The notes: a model not told the origin generated them from the sequence alone. 56,626 nucleotides of DNA, filler included, from Asterionella formosa (GCA_002256025.1; 6 parts of 6 records of this genome joined end to end with filler, not necessarily neighbours in it); one strand, 5' to 3'. Positions 1 to 11,634 are shown, counted from the first letter of the whole stretch. Made by a program: numbers and translations.

Positions 1-512
1 TTAGGCCATGCATTGCTTGGGATGCGAGCAAGAGCAAAGCAGCAGAGGATAGTGAGCGTTATCAAGGAATGTTACCTGGTACCTGGTACCAATAGCATGA
101 GTCGTACCCTGGTACCAGTACCGGTAACTTGATATCGACTACCGGGCAGACACGTACCAGTACTGCTCGTCCCGGTAATGATTACACCGGTAGTCACTGT
201 ACCGGTACATACCGGTATACCTGTAGATAATTGTGGACATGGTACATTATCATCAGACATCTTCACAGCCACCGAAATACGTTATAGTTTAGCAGCATTA
301 GTAATTGCTCTGCCTACCCTGGTACTCCGATTATAAGACTGCGCGCAATTTTAGTTTTTCTTTATTTGTTCTACATAAGTGCATTATCGCCTCGTCTCGT
401 CTTCACTTGATCGGGGCTCGCATCGTTTCTTGTTCATTGTTCATGGTTACATCAGAAACGAATATCATACCCACAGCACACATATTTCGACTCTTTCTAG
501 CATACGAGAAGG

Positions 513-3032
513 ATGGTCTCAACCGGCGCCGGCACCAAGGTCGACGTGACTTTGAAGCTCTCTCAGCTTCAGAATCTTTGTAAACGTGACCCTGAGGGAT
601 ATCGTGAAGACTATGATGCACAAGTACGTCGCTTAGAATCAGAATGTGGCATCTTGGCACTCTCGCCTTCTTCGGAACCCAGCAAGAGACTAGAAGAACT
701 CATTCAGTTTGCTGCTGCTGTTTCATCGTCAAGTTACAAGGGGGTGGAAGCAGAGCGTATTGCATCTCTTTTGATCAGCTTGTTGTTGGGTTCATCCGAA
801 ACATCCTTGAACAGCTCGTCAAAGGGGCAAACAGTCAGCATGAGTATGCCAACTTCGGCTCTCCAACTTCACAAGGATGTTCGCAAGGCAAGCGTATCGG
901 CATTGATTCTCATGCGAAACAAGGGAGCTGTAGAGCCATTGCGACTACTGGAACTGTTTTTCAAAATTCTGTCGGTCGTCCCTGACAAGGCCCTTCGGGA
1001 ACTGCTGCATCGACACATTGTTAATGATATTCGAAACATTAACAAAAAGGGAAAACGGGACGAATTAGTTAATCGCAGCATCCAAGCATTTTTGCATAGA
1101 GTTATTTCCTTACCTCTGGACGGAGATGAAGCCACGGAAATCGCGGCCAAGCGAGCAACAGATATGGTCTGCGAACTGTACCGTCGAAGTGTCTGGACGG
1201 ATGACCGGGCTGTAGCGATTCTGGCATCGGCCGCTGTGTCTAAGAACACGACTGTCATGAGCAGAGCATTGCGATTCTTTCTTAATATTGAAGAAAAAAT
1301 GGCAGAAGACAAGGCCAGGGAAGAGGAGGAAATTTGGGCGGGATGTGAAACTGTAAACCTTCATCAGCACAATCGGAAGACAAAGGTAAGCGCAAAAATT
1401 TATGGTCTCATGTTTTGTGGTTTTGCTTCCTTTCCTATGCTAATCAAATATTTTTAGGGTCGACTTGCAAAGATTGAAAAGCAACTCAAGCTTAAGGCCA
1501 AGGCTCAAAGAGCGCGAGAAGGTGAAGAGAATTGGGAATGCATGACTAATGATAAGGGAGTTGAAGCGGGAAAAAAACTATATCCTGCTATCGAAATGTT
1601 ACGAGACCCTCAGGGGTTGGCGGAATCTTTATTTAAACGACTCAAGGCATCTAACTCGCAGAAGTATGAAGTCAAACTACTCTTGATGAACTTTGTCACC
1701 AGGTTGGTAGGAAATCACCAATTGCTACTCATGCCGCTCTACCCGTATTTACAACGTTATATGGGAGGCCACCAACGTGATGTTACAGGTGTCTTGGCCT
1801 ATGCTGTGCAGGCTTGTCATGAAAACGTCCCCCCTGACGAAATTTATGGGGTATTGAAGACCATTGCTCACAACTTCATTACCGAGCGATGTTCGGGCGA
1901 ACAAATGGCTGTTGGTATCAATGCCGCCAGAGCAATTTGCGCGCGAGTTCCCTCAGTGTTGTCTATTGAAGAGTCTCAGGAATCATCAGGAACCACTGTC
2001 ATGGACATTGAAGCCTTTGCTCGTGATTTGGCAGCATACGCCAGGCACCGTGATCGATCCGTTTCCATTGCCGGCAAGGCTTGGACCAACTTTATTCGTG
2101 AAGTTCACCCTTCGTTACTGCAGGGCAAGGACCGTGGCATGGCCGGCTCAGCCTTGCACCGAAATGGAGAAAAACCCTTGAGATACGGAGAAACGAAGGT
2201 GGCAACGGGAGTCGAGGGATCGGATTTGTTGATTGCGTATGAAGTTAATAAAGCAGCTGCAAAACGTAAGGCCGCCGAAATCGAGGAAGGCGACGAGGAG
2301 CGTGATGATGAAAGTGAGGGTGTTCACGAGGAACACATGAACGACGAGGAAGGTGACGACGATGGATGGGTTGACGCTGACGACGAGGAGGGAGACGATG
2401 ACGAAGGATGGATTGATGTCGACGAGGAGGACGATGAAGAAGGAGACCAAGCACCGCAATTAGTTGTTCACGAAGGTGCGAAGAAGGAAACCGGCGAGCC
2501 TGTTATGGATCTCACAAAAATGACCACGATCCAAAGAGATGCCCTCAAACAGAAAGTATCTTCCGATCGGATCTTCACTGCTGATGATTTCGTGAAAATG
2601 CGAAAGCTGGTTGAACGAGAAAAGAAAGCGAAGCGTGATCCTCGCGAAGCTGCTAGACGTAAGCGAGCGATTGCCCAGGGGCGAGAGTTTGAAGAACTTA
2701 GTGATGACAATAGTGTCGAGTCTGATGAGGAAGGCCGAATCAAAATCGTCGGCGCAGTCAATCCTGGGGACATTATGGCTGATTCCAAGCGAAAGAGGCA
2801 GTCCAAGGCGGAGAGATTGGAGAGCATTTTGGCCGGGCGATCGGCGTTCGAATCCAAACAGCGTGCTGGAGGAACTACAGATACGGAGAAGAAACGCACC
2901 AAGAATTTCGTCATGTCCAAGTTCTCTTTCGATAGCCGATCAAAACGAAACGGCAAAAGCGCTCGTCAGGAGAAGAAAACTCATTTCATCGAGGGTACTA
3001 GAGAGTCAAAGAAGCGCCGAAGAAAAGTTTAA
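513..3032 (+). CDS. SDA1: SDA1-like 60S ribosome biogenesis/export protein (exons 513-1385, 1458-3032)
   Basis: N-terminus LSQLQNLCKRDPEGYREDY; motifs ELYRRSVW, RDPQGLAE, HNFITERC..MAVGINA and a basic C-terminus fit SDA1. A 72-nt intron at 1386-1457 (GTAAG..TTTTAG) joins the two ORFs in frame. Confidence 0.93.
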
Positions 3033-3220
3033 GACTAGATGTTTACACTGTCACTTCATCCCAACATTATTACTTTTCTCCTTTCCTTTTGTTGGTTCCG
3101 AGAACAAAGCAATAGCAGCAACAGCAGTATGCAAGACACAGAAATTAGTCGCTAGGGAAAATCCGTCATTTCCCCAAACGAAATGGGTCATGGCTAGCGA
3201 CAGGGAAACGACAAGATAGG

Positions 3221-4270
3221 CTATTTAGGTGATGACAGAAGGTGATGTATGCTATTGGCCACAAATCGACACCCATAACTATCAATGCTTTCGTCAGTGA
3301 TCTCTCTAAAGGAAACAGAAGGCCAAACTGCCACATTATCGGACTCGTGATGAAACATTCCAAACAAGGACATGTGCGACGCGGCATCAAATTTGGATGC
3401 AGACGCAAATTCGCGAATTTTGAAAAGAAACATTGCCATAGTGGTATCTGAAAATCCGTTGCGAGAAGCAAACTGCCCTCCCTCATGTGTATCATGACGG
3501 AGCTGATTCTGCCAACTAGTAAGGCAACAGCCAATGCTTTTGCAATCATCAACGTACCCTTGGACAACCTGAAAACAACCGTTTGTGTGCTTGATAATTG
3601 CCCATTGATGATCCTTTACATCTTGCAACTCGTCGCAAAGTTTGTTGTCCAATTCTCTCGTGTCATGGTTCCTCTTCCTGTCATGGAGAAGTACCCAAGT
3701 CATGTTGCAAAATATGACCCTCGGTAATTCCTCCGGTACATTCATTTTCAAGAGAGTCTCAGACAGTGTTTCTGCTTGTGATATAGCTCGAGAGCGAAGG
3801 ATGCGAGTTGCCAGATTTTCTACTTTATAACCTATTTGGTTTTGCCTCCAAATCCCGTAGAGCACAAGATTCCAATTTTCCCAAACTTGCACTATATCAC
3901 TACCATTGGTATAGGCCAGATGATTGTTTGACGCCATTTGGTTCCTAGAGAAGAATAGGGAAGCGAAGCAGTGGCTAGTAAGGCCACATGATCGCTTCGA
4001 CGAAGAATTGAAGCGTATGGTTTGGTTTGAATTCTTCGCAACAAGACGTTCGAATGCCAAGGGCTCATTTTCAGCGTCATATTGTCCTCCGAGATATTCT
4101 TCAATGCACCTGAATATCTTAAGTGACTCCCTAATGCTGACTCGGGCCTCCGTGGGTGCTAGTTGTCTGCTCCGTAAACCAAATAAAGTTCGCAGCTGGG
4201 AAAAAGTCATATGTCTCGTCTTGGACGTTGCCAGAATTCCAGTATTTGATTGTGGGGTTTGTGTGCGCAT
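3221..4270 (-). CDS. Hypothetical protein, possibly papain-like fold with a Cys/His/Gln triad (start uncertain: ATG 4270 or 4210)
   Basis: Long open frame. The 5' part of the listed ORF (poly-Phe) looks non-coding. Motifs SCGLTS, DHQWAI and FQVVQGY. Confidence 0.65.
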   Translation of the reverse strand: MRTQTPQSNTGILATSKTRHMTFSQLRTLFGLRSRQLAPTEARVSIRESLKIFRCIEEYLGGQYDAENEPLAFERLVAKNSNQTIRFNSSSKRSCGLTSHCFASLFFSRNQMASNNHLAYTNGSDIVQVWENWNLVLYGIWRQNQIGYKVENLATRILRSRAISQAETLSETLLKMNVPEELPRVIFCNMTWVLLHDRKRNHDTRELDNKLCDELQDVKDHQWAIIKHTNGCFQVVQGYVDDCKSIGCCLTSWQNQLRHDTHEGGQFASRNGFSDTTMAMFLFKIREFASASKFDAASHMSLFGMFHHESDNVAVWPSVSFREITDESIDSYGCRFVANSIHHLLSSPK

Positions 4271-4565
4271 CAAATGGATGATGAGGAAAAAGAAAAAAAA
4301 GCAGTCGACCGAAGCAAAAAAATTAAAAATAGAATTGGGCGCGCAGAGACAACAACTCATAAAACACTGTTGCCGGTCAGTCGGCGACTGCGCGACAGGC
4401 AAGACGTTGCAATGTTGCTATACGTAGATCGATACCAATAATCGTGTCTCACTCCTTTACCGGTACCGGTACCCTGGTACCAGGTACTCTTGCCTGAGAT
4501 CTTGAGATGTTCGTGTGGACAGCTTCGTGACAACGATCATGTCGAAAAAGTCTCGCTTACACTCT

Positions 4566-5549
4566 TCATTGTTCTCCTGACATGAAAATACCACAGCACG
4601 TCTGATTTGACAGACAATACCTCCCAAATCTCCTTCGCTGTGGGTTTGTGCGTTTATAGTCTTCCAATAGTAAGGAATCACAAATTCGGTCAAAGAAATG
4701 CCATTCTTCCTCATCCGAATGAATGTATTGATATAGCTTAGCTTCTTTGGCATGCGTATAGTCTTGTTCATTTGACATTTTCCATCCTTGCTCAATAATC
4801 CATTTATACAGCAATCCTGGCACGGCTGATTTCAAGGGTACAAATAAAAATCCTGAGAAAATCCGTTCTTGTTTCCACTCTTGTACAGCAATCCGTTGTT
4901 GTGGTGGTACCGGAGTAATCACTTCCATACCAAAATCGACATATCCCTTGGTCCCACCCAGCGACATCCAGAAGTAGAGTGCCAAATCACGTTGTGCATG
5001 CCGAGGCGCTGCAGTATAAACAGCTAGATCCATGGGAAACGAGTGCTTCAAAAATGTCAAGATTCGCTCCACGTCTTCATCTTCCCATGGCAACCAAATC
5101 ACCCTTTGTCGTCCCTTGTAGTTTGTCATGATTTGTGATTGGTCCTGTACATGGCGCAATGCCTGTCGTGTCTGTGAATTTTCTGTTGTAGCAACGGCAT
5201 ACGAATTGAATATCAGAGGAAGATCTTTTCGAGGGGAAATAGTCGAAGGAAAAAATCCAGTGGCACGTACATAGTACTTGTACGATGGTCCAAAGACAAA
5301 CTCTGGTTCCCATGTGAGGAGCATGACAAGAGTAACAAGGATTGTTACTGCGATTGCGATTGCGATGGCAACCATGTAGATCGTCGTGTTGTCGCTTTTG
5401 ATGACAGTTAACTTGTTAGCCACTTTTCCATTTCTAATGTCTTGCTGTAGTTGCAGTTGGTGTTGCGGTCGTGGTCGTGGTCGACGATGGCGTAATTCAT
5501 TCAAAGTTGTCGTTGTCGTTGTCGTTCGGTCACTTGTTGCTTGATGCAT
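4566..5549 (-). CDS. Type II membrane protein, divergent glycosyltransferase family 32 (Och1/SUR1)-like
   Basis: One N-terminal hydrophobic helix (IYMVAIAIAIAVTILVTLVMLLTW). WEDEDVERIL and RDLALYFWMSLGGTKGYVDFG echo the GT32 motifs W.D.d and D..RY..L...GG.Y.D.D. Cys-rich C-terminus. Confidence 0.6.
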   Translation of the reverse strand: MHQATSDRTTTTTTTLNELRHRRPRPRPQHQLQLQQDIRNGKVANKLTVIKSDNTTIYMVAIAIAIAVTILVTLVMLLTWEPEFVFGPSYKYYVRATGFFPSTISPRKDLPLIFNSYAVATTENSQTRQALRHVQDQSQIMTNYKGRQRVIWLPWEDEDVERILTFLKHSFPMDLAVYTAAPRHAQRDLALYFWMSLGGTKGYVDFGMEVITPVPPQQRIAVQEWKQERIFSGFLFVPLKSAVPGLLYKWIIEQGWKMSNEQDYTHAKEAKLYQYIHSDEEEWHFFDRICDSLLLEDYKRTNPQRRRFGRYCLSNQTCCGIFMSGEQ

Positions 5550-5672
5550 TATTATTGTTGAATCTTTTGTAATTACAAGAGCGGAGCAACGATGCTAGCT
5601 TCATGTAATCGCTAGCATCTAGGAGGGTATTCTGCCGGATGTTGAACAACTACACATTTGTGTCAACAGAAC

Positions 5673-5702
5673 GGAATGGGAATGGGAATGGGAATGGGAA
5701 TG
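5673..5702 (+). repeat. (GGAATG)5 microsatellite
   Basis: Five tandem hexamers read directly from the sequence. Confidence 0.9.
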
Positions 5703-6042
5703 GATACATGTGATGATATGTGATACCGGTACACTAACATTCACGTTTGAAAACGAGAACATATCGGTAGTACCGGTAAACCTAACGGAATAACTGCATG
5801 ATACGAAGATACTTATAGTACCGGTAGTAGGAACGTTTTCTTGGGTCTTTGCTACCTGGTACCAGGCACCCTGGTACCAGTTAGTCTACCATATCTATCT
5901 ACCGGTACCGGTTTTCGCTTCCCCAGGCAGATCCGAAATCCATCATTGCATTACACCCCTTGTCCTACCTGACGGTCCCACCAAGTACCATCAATCAAAT
6001 CTGCGCCTTGCTCACATCATCACTCGCCCCCTCCCTTCCATC

Positions 6043-9000
6043 ATGGTGGATGCAACCGAACAAGCATCTCTGCGGTCCGGCAAAGCCTCCACCATCATTT
6101 ACAGATATGCGGCCCTCGCTGCGGCAGCTGCGAGTGTCGCGTTCATCGCGTATTGGGCCTACAACATTCGATTGGTCGCCATTCAGGAATACGGCATTGT
6201 CATCCATGAGTTCGATCCGTATTTCAACTACAGAGCCACAGAGGTGCGTGCGCTTCAGCCAGTGATCCAATATCGCAGTCGTCGAGCTGCTGCGCTCCGT
6301 TGTCGGTGGACTCCAATTCTCGTATTGCAAGTTGCCTTTAATTGTATTGCAACTGTCGGCTCGCATGACTGCATGACCGCGACTAATCCCCAACCACCCT
6401 CGTCTCTGCATGCCGCTACACTGCCATCACACTCAAACTCACACGCACTCTCACACACTCTGCTTCCTTGTCGTAGTACCTGTACGCAAATGGATGGCGG
6501 AAGTTCTTTTCGTGGTTCGACCACATGGTCTGGTATCCCCTGGGCCGTCCAGTCGGATCCACCATCTACCCGGGGATGCAATTCATTGCCGTATGGATCA
6601 AGCAGTTTATCCTCACCAGTTGGTCGATCAACGACATTTGCTGCTTCATTCCAGCTTGGTTCGGAACGATTGCATCCGCTGTGGTTGGAATGATTGCCTA
6701 CGAATGTACATTGCCCGTCAACTCCAACTCGAATGTGTGGCGCATGCTTGTCGACATGGCCCAGGGAATCCAGTCGGAACCCAAGCCAACGATCAGAAAA
6801 CTTGCTCTTGGATTCACATCGCCTGCCTTGGAGTCAGGCGTATTTGCAATGAGTATGATGGCCATTGTGCCTGCCCACCTCATGAGATCGGTTGGAGGAG
6901 GATACGACAATGAAAGTGTGGCAGTAACGGCGATGAACCTCACTTTTTACTTCTGGGTCAGGAGCTTGCGTGGAAGTGATCCACATAGTTGGATGTATGG
7001 ATTTGCGGCTGGACTAGCCTACTTTTACATGGTGGCGTCGTGGGGGGGATATATATTTGTTATCAACATGGTCGGCGTTCACGCCGGTGTACTTGTGTTG
7101 ATGGGCAGATTCAGCGACAAGGTATGGGCTAGTTACAGTGTGTTTTACTCTGTCGGCACTGCATTGGCGATACAGATACCCGTTGTTGGTTGGGCACCAT
7201 TGAAATCGCTAGAACAGCTTGGCCCTTGTGCTGTCTTCCTTGGATATCAAATCCTTCAGCTATGTGAGGTTATCAGACGCAAGCGCGGACTTTCAAGACT
7301 GGAAACATGGAAGTTGAGAGTGCAAATTTCCTCGGCGGGTGTGGTATTGGGTATCGCTGCCATTTGGATATTGACTCCGTCGGGATACTTTGGACCACTC
7401 TCCTCCCGTGTGCGCGGCTTGTTCGTCCAACACACAAAAACTGGAAATCCTCTCGTGGACTCGGTTGCAGAACATCAACCTGCTTCGTCCAAGGCGTATT
7501 TCCAGTACTTGCACCACGTATGCTCTGTGGCTCCTATTGGATACATTATGGTCATGTGCAACCTATCGGACTCAAGTTCCTTCTTGCTTGCCTGGGGAGC
7601 AGCTGCGTACTTCTTCTCGCACAAAATGGTACGTCTAGTCTTGTTGACCGCGCCCATTGGAAGCAGTCTCGGGGGAATTGCAGTTGGACGCATCTTTGCG
7701 TGGTGCATTCGCCAAATATGGGATGCTTCCTCGGAAGACGATAAGGAGGTTGACATTCCCAAAGCTTCACCTGTTGAACCCAACGGTGTTGTCACCGCCA
7801 AGGATAAAAAGGCCAAAAAACCCAAAAAAGTGCATGCTACTGCTAGCTCAACATCTAGCTTTGATGGCTTGAAAATTCTCCAAGTTGCTGTCGACACTTT
7901 TTTCAAGTCAAAGGAAGGAATCACTGTGAAGAGGATTGTCGCCCTCACTACGTTGGTAATTTTCTATGTCGGTGGTGTGCACTTCAAGAATTATTGCTGG
8001 AGACTCTCGAAGGATCTCTCTCACCCCAGTATTATCCAACGCGCTCGGCTCCGTGATGGACGAATCGTGAATATCGATGACTACCGTGAGGCGTATTGGT
8101 GGCTACGAGACAACACCCCCAAGGATTCTCGTATAATGGCGTGGTGGGATTATGGATACCAGATCACGGCAATCGCGAATCGTACCACTCTTGCTGACGG
8201 CAACACGTGGAATCATGAGCATATTGCTTTGCTGGGTAAGGCTTTGACTACTGATTTGGATGAAGGATACGAAATTGCTCGTCATTTGGCAGACTATGTC
8301 TTAGTGTGGGGTGGTGGTGGAGGAGACGACCTGGCCAAAAGTCCGCATTTGGCTCGTATTGCAAACTCTGTCTACCGTGAACACTGCCCTGGTGATCCAA
8401 CGTGTCGCGCTTTTGGATTTATTGTAAGTAGCTTGACTGTTTTGACGAGCGTATATATCGGGCTAAAATGTTCAAATCGGTTTTCGCTGACACCTTCCTT
8501 TCGTCAACATAGGACCATCAAGGGACTCCTTCTCCGATGATGGAACGCTCGTTCTTATACCGTCTCCATGGGCACGCCATTAAGCCCGGTGTTGAAGTTC
8601 CCCCCGAAAAGTTTCAAGAAGTTTACCGCTCCAAATACGGAAAGGTTCGCGTTTTCAAGATTCTAGGCGTTTCAGAAGAGTCCAAAAACTGGGTTGCCGA
8701 CCCAGCCAATAAGCTGTGCGATGCCCCGGGAAGCTGGTTCTGTCCAGGACAATACCCACCGGGCCTCAATTTTTTCTTGTCACGTAAGAAGGACTTTGCT
8801 CAATTGGAGGATTTCAACAAAGGCACAGAAAGCGATTCTGAGTACCAAAAGCAGTACTTCGAGAACCTGAACAACCCAGAATACTCAAGACAAATGAGAC
8901 AGAATGCGGAAGCCCTCCAAAAAGCCAAGAGCGAAAAAAAGAAGCCCCCAATGAAAGCAAGGACTTACGAAATTTCTGGCGCAGGGATTTCTACTGAGCT

Positions 9001-9343
9001 GCCAAACAAGGAATCGGCTGGCGATGGTAAGGCAGAAGGGAGCGTTGTTTCGGACGAGAAACAAATAGAAGAAGTCTACAACACTTATGAAGACACAGAA
9101 GAAACCACGATAATGTGGCAACTTATTTCTGCTGGAAAGGTTGAAGAAATCAGGTCATGGATCGAAAGCACACCAGCTGCAGCCTATATTCGCTCCAAGG
9201 ATGGACGCGGCCCAATGTGGTGGGCATTTGAGTCCCGCAATCAAGAAATTGTCAAGATTCTTACAAAGGCCGGGGTTCCTCACACAGACAAAGATGTTAA
9301 CGGAAAGTCTCCCGTCGATCTATTGGAGGGACAAGATCAGTAG
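6043..9343 (+). CDS. STT3: Oligosaccharyltransferase catalytic subunit STT3 with a C-terminal ankyrin-like extension (exons 6043-6243, 6477-8423, 8513-9343)
   Basis: Motifs IHEFDPYFNYR, WYPLGR, YDNE, SVAEHQP, WWDYGYQI, DGNTWN and DDLAK. Introns 6244-6476 and 8424-8512 are GT..AG and keep the frame. Confidence 0.96.
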
Positions 9344-9373
9344 CTTAATAGTAGTACATGCTAAGTTTAACTT

Positions 9374-9473
9374 NNNNNNNNNNNNNNNNNNNNNNNNNNN
9401 NNNNNNNNNNNNNNNNNTTAATTAATTAANNNNNNNNNNNNNNNNNNNNNNNNNNNNNNNNNNNNNNNNNNNN
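9374..9473. other. Artificial contig-joining spacer (N44-TTAATTAATTAA-N44)
   Basis: 100-nt spacer with stops in all six frames, identical at five places. Confidence 0.98.
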
Positions 9474-9474
9474 T

Positions 9475-10560
9475 GTCACTATCAAGAACACGACATCACA
9501 ACAGGTGGAAAATGCAAATTCCAAACTGAGACACGAAGGTATTGAGCTTTCAGCATTGCAAGAAGTGAATCAGGTTATACAATCTGGTTCTTTGAAAGGT
9601 AACCGTTTCGATATTGTGGTGCGAGACTTGCATCGAATCCATGTCGAAGCAAATGAAAGTGGTGAAGCCATGGAAAGAAGGGTTCCTTGTGATCGGGCTC
9701 ATCTAGAAGTTCGCGTTAAAGCACTTCGTCAAACTGGATTTATTAACTATTTTGGTGAGCAACGGCTTGGTAGTCCTGGAGACGCCAATGAAGTGGGTGT
9801 ACGCTCCTTTGATATAGGACGAGCCATGCTGCAGCATAATTTTGATCTTGCTGTAGATCTCCTTATGTCTGGTCGCTTGGTATGTCGTGGTCCAGAAGAA
9901 ATGGAGTCCCCTGCTATCCGAAAAGTTCGGCAAACATGGAAGGATTCTGGTAGAGATGCTTCACTTACTCTGGAATGCATGCCCAAAATGGATATATTGG
10001 TGCGAGAAAAGGTTGTATTGCAAGGGTTGAGGCGATACCACAACTCTCTGGACGCCTTGAAATGTTTACATTTCAATATTCGTATGTTTTGGATAAATGC
10101 CTACCAATCATATATTTGGAATACTATGGCATCTGAACGAATTTTACGGTTAGGAAGAAAAGTTGCAAAGGGGGATTTGATTCTGGATGAAAATGGTGAC
10201 GTCCGTCTAGTTAATGATTCAAACATAAGCACAACATCATTTGATGAAGTCGTTCTGCCGCTTCCAGGCCACTCTATTGAATATCCCCAGAACGAAATTG
10301 GCAAACTGTACGACGACCTACTCAAGAAGGAGAAAGTTAGCTTTAATAAGGACGCACCTCCGGAAGCAACAGCTAAAGGTGCCTACCGAAGATTAATTTG
10401 TCGACCGGCCCACGTTTCAGCTGACATGATTGATGATGACGAGGTGCATGTGACGTTGGTCAAACTTGGCTTTGATCTTCCCTCAGGGTCCTACGCAACA
10501 ATGCTGCTTCGTGAATTGATGGTGAAGACAGTTTATAGGCGCCAAAATGAGTTACACTAA
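9475..10560 (+). CDS. TruD/PUS7-family pseudouridine synthase, 5' end cut by contig edge
   Basis: Motifs LKGNRFDIVVR, GFINYFGEQR, AYQSYIWN, VVLPLPG and FDLPSGSYATMLLRE. The frame is open back to the gap. Confidence 0.92.
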   Translation, partial: VTIKNTTSQQVENANSKLRHEGIELSALQEVNQVIQSGSLKGNRFDIVVRDLHRIHVEANESGEAMERRVPCDRAHLEVRVKALRQTGFINYFGEQRLGSPGDANEVGVRSFDIGRAMLQHNFDLAVDLLMSGRLVCRGPEEMESPAIRKVRQTWKDSGRDASLTLECMPKMDILVREKVVLQGLRRYHNSLDALKCLHFNIRMFWINAYQSYIWNTMASERILRLGRKVAKGDLILDENGDVRLVNDSNISTTSFDEVVLPLPGHSIEYPQNEIGKLYDDLLKKEKVSFNKDAPPEATAKGAYRRLICRPAHVSADMIDDDEVHVTLVKLGFDLPSGSYATMLLRELMVKTVYRRQNELH

Positions 10561-11634
10561 TTTTGCTTGCTCTGAAAGCGCTGCGAGTGCTCGTCCCATG
10601 TCTTCGAAAGTCTCGGAAACACTTCGCAGCTTAATTCCAAGTTCTTCTTTCAGCCTTTCTGTGGCTAGCACTTCACGAGTTCCAATCTTGATAGCTCCGC
10701 CATCAAATTTCTTGTCGTAAGAAATTTTGTCTGGAGTTGCAGAAAACTTCTTCAGCCCTTCTGCTGTGACCTCGGACGGAAGTCGAGCTTCGGCCGATAC
10801 AATAAAACGTTGGCCAACGGCAGAGGTACGTGTTCCAGCCGCAACATGAGCTTTGGCAACATCCCTTACGTCAACACAAAGTCGTGATTGCACCATGGAC
10901 TCGCCCTTTATCCACTGACCCACTAACTGAATGGAATAGGAACTAGATTGAAATGTTCCGTCGACCGAAGGGCCAAAAATAAAGCTCGGACATAGTGAAG
11001 TCATCTTGACTCCCAACTGTTTACTAAGTTCCCATGCCCTTCTCTCGGACTCAGCTTTCCCCCATTGATAACTAGCTCCCCAATCAGCCCCAAGGTTGGA
11101 GGCAGTGTTCCAGTCTTCACTAGTGTAGTACGCTCCGTTGGTCGGCGTTTGGCCAGTTCCTCGAACCGCTGCCATGGACGACGTGAGAACTAATCGACAA
11201 TTCGTGAAACTTCCTAACGCGGATACAACATCTTCTGTTCCTCTGACATTTTCCAGGGCTGTCTGCTCGTGGTTGCTTGTAGGTCCGAAAACGGAAGCAA
11301 CATGATAGAGGCAGGCCGTATCACAATCTCCAATGGACTCCAAGGCATTTTTCAGCGTAGCGCCGCCATCCAGCATGTCATAGGGCATCACACGAACGCA
11401 GTTGGACCGTGAGTTCCAGTAGGTTTGTTCGTGTTCCACTCGTTTCAAGCGTACCAAGCAGATGACATCGTCATTTCCTTCCTGAAGGAGCGAATGTACA
11501 ATCTCCCGTCCAAGGTAGCCATTTGCGCCCGTCACAAGGGATGTTCGTTTCCCAGGTGCACAGAGACTCGATACCGTGCAAACAGAAAGTGAGGGTATCA
11601 GTATCAGCAGGGCGAGAAACATTGTTGCCGCCAT
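10552..11634 (-). CDS. Extended SDR / NAD-dependent epimerase-dehydratase (DFR/CCR-like) with a signal peptide
   Basis: Rossmann motif LVTGANGYLG, TSSMAAV, catalytic YQWGK (YxxxK) and VDVRDVAKAH. Hydrophobic N-terminus. Confidence 0.92.
   Translation of the reverse strand: MAATMFLALLILIPSLSVCTVSSLCAPGKRTSLVTGANGYLGREIVHSLLQEGNDDVICLVRLKRVEHEQTYWNSRSNCVRVMPYDMLDGGATLKNALESIGDCDTACLYHVASVFGPTSNHEQTALENVRGTEDVVSALGSFTNCRLVLTSSMAAVRGTGQTPTNGAYYTSEDWNTASNLGADWGASYQWGKAESERRAWELSKQLGVKMTSLCPSFIFGPSVDGTFQSSSYSIQLVGQWIKGESMVQSRLCVDVRDVAKAHVAAGTRTSAVGQRFIVSAEARLPSEVTAEGLKKFSATPDKISYDKKFDGGAIKIGTREVLATERLKEELGIKLRSVSETFEDMGRALAALSEQAKLV

Noticed and set aside
2611..3219. Short alternative-frame and antisense ORFs overlapping real genes (this one and many others in the ORF track)
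   Set aside because: They are shadow ORFs of well-supported CDSs, with no motifs of their own.
9418..9429. TTAATTAATTAA as a biological repeat or piggyBac target site
   Set aside because: It is identical and N-flanked five times, so it is a synthetic six-frame stop linker.
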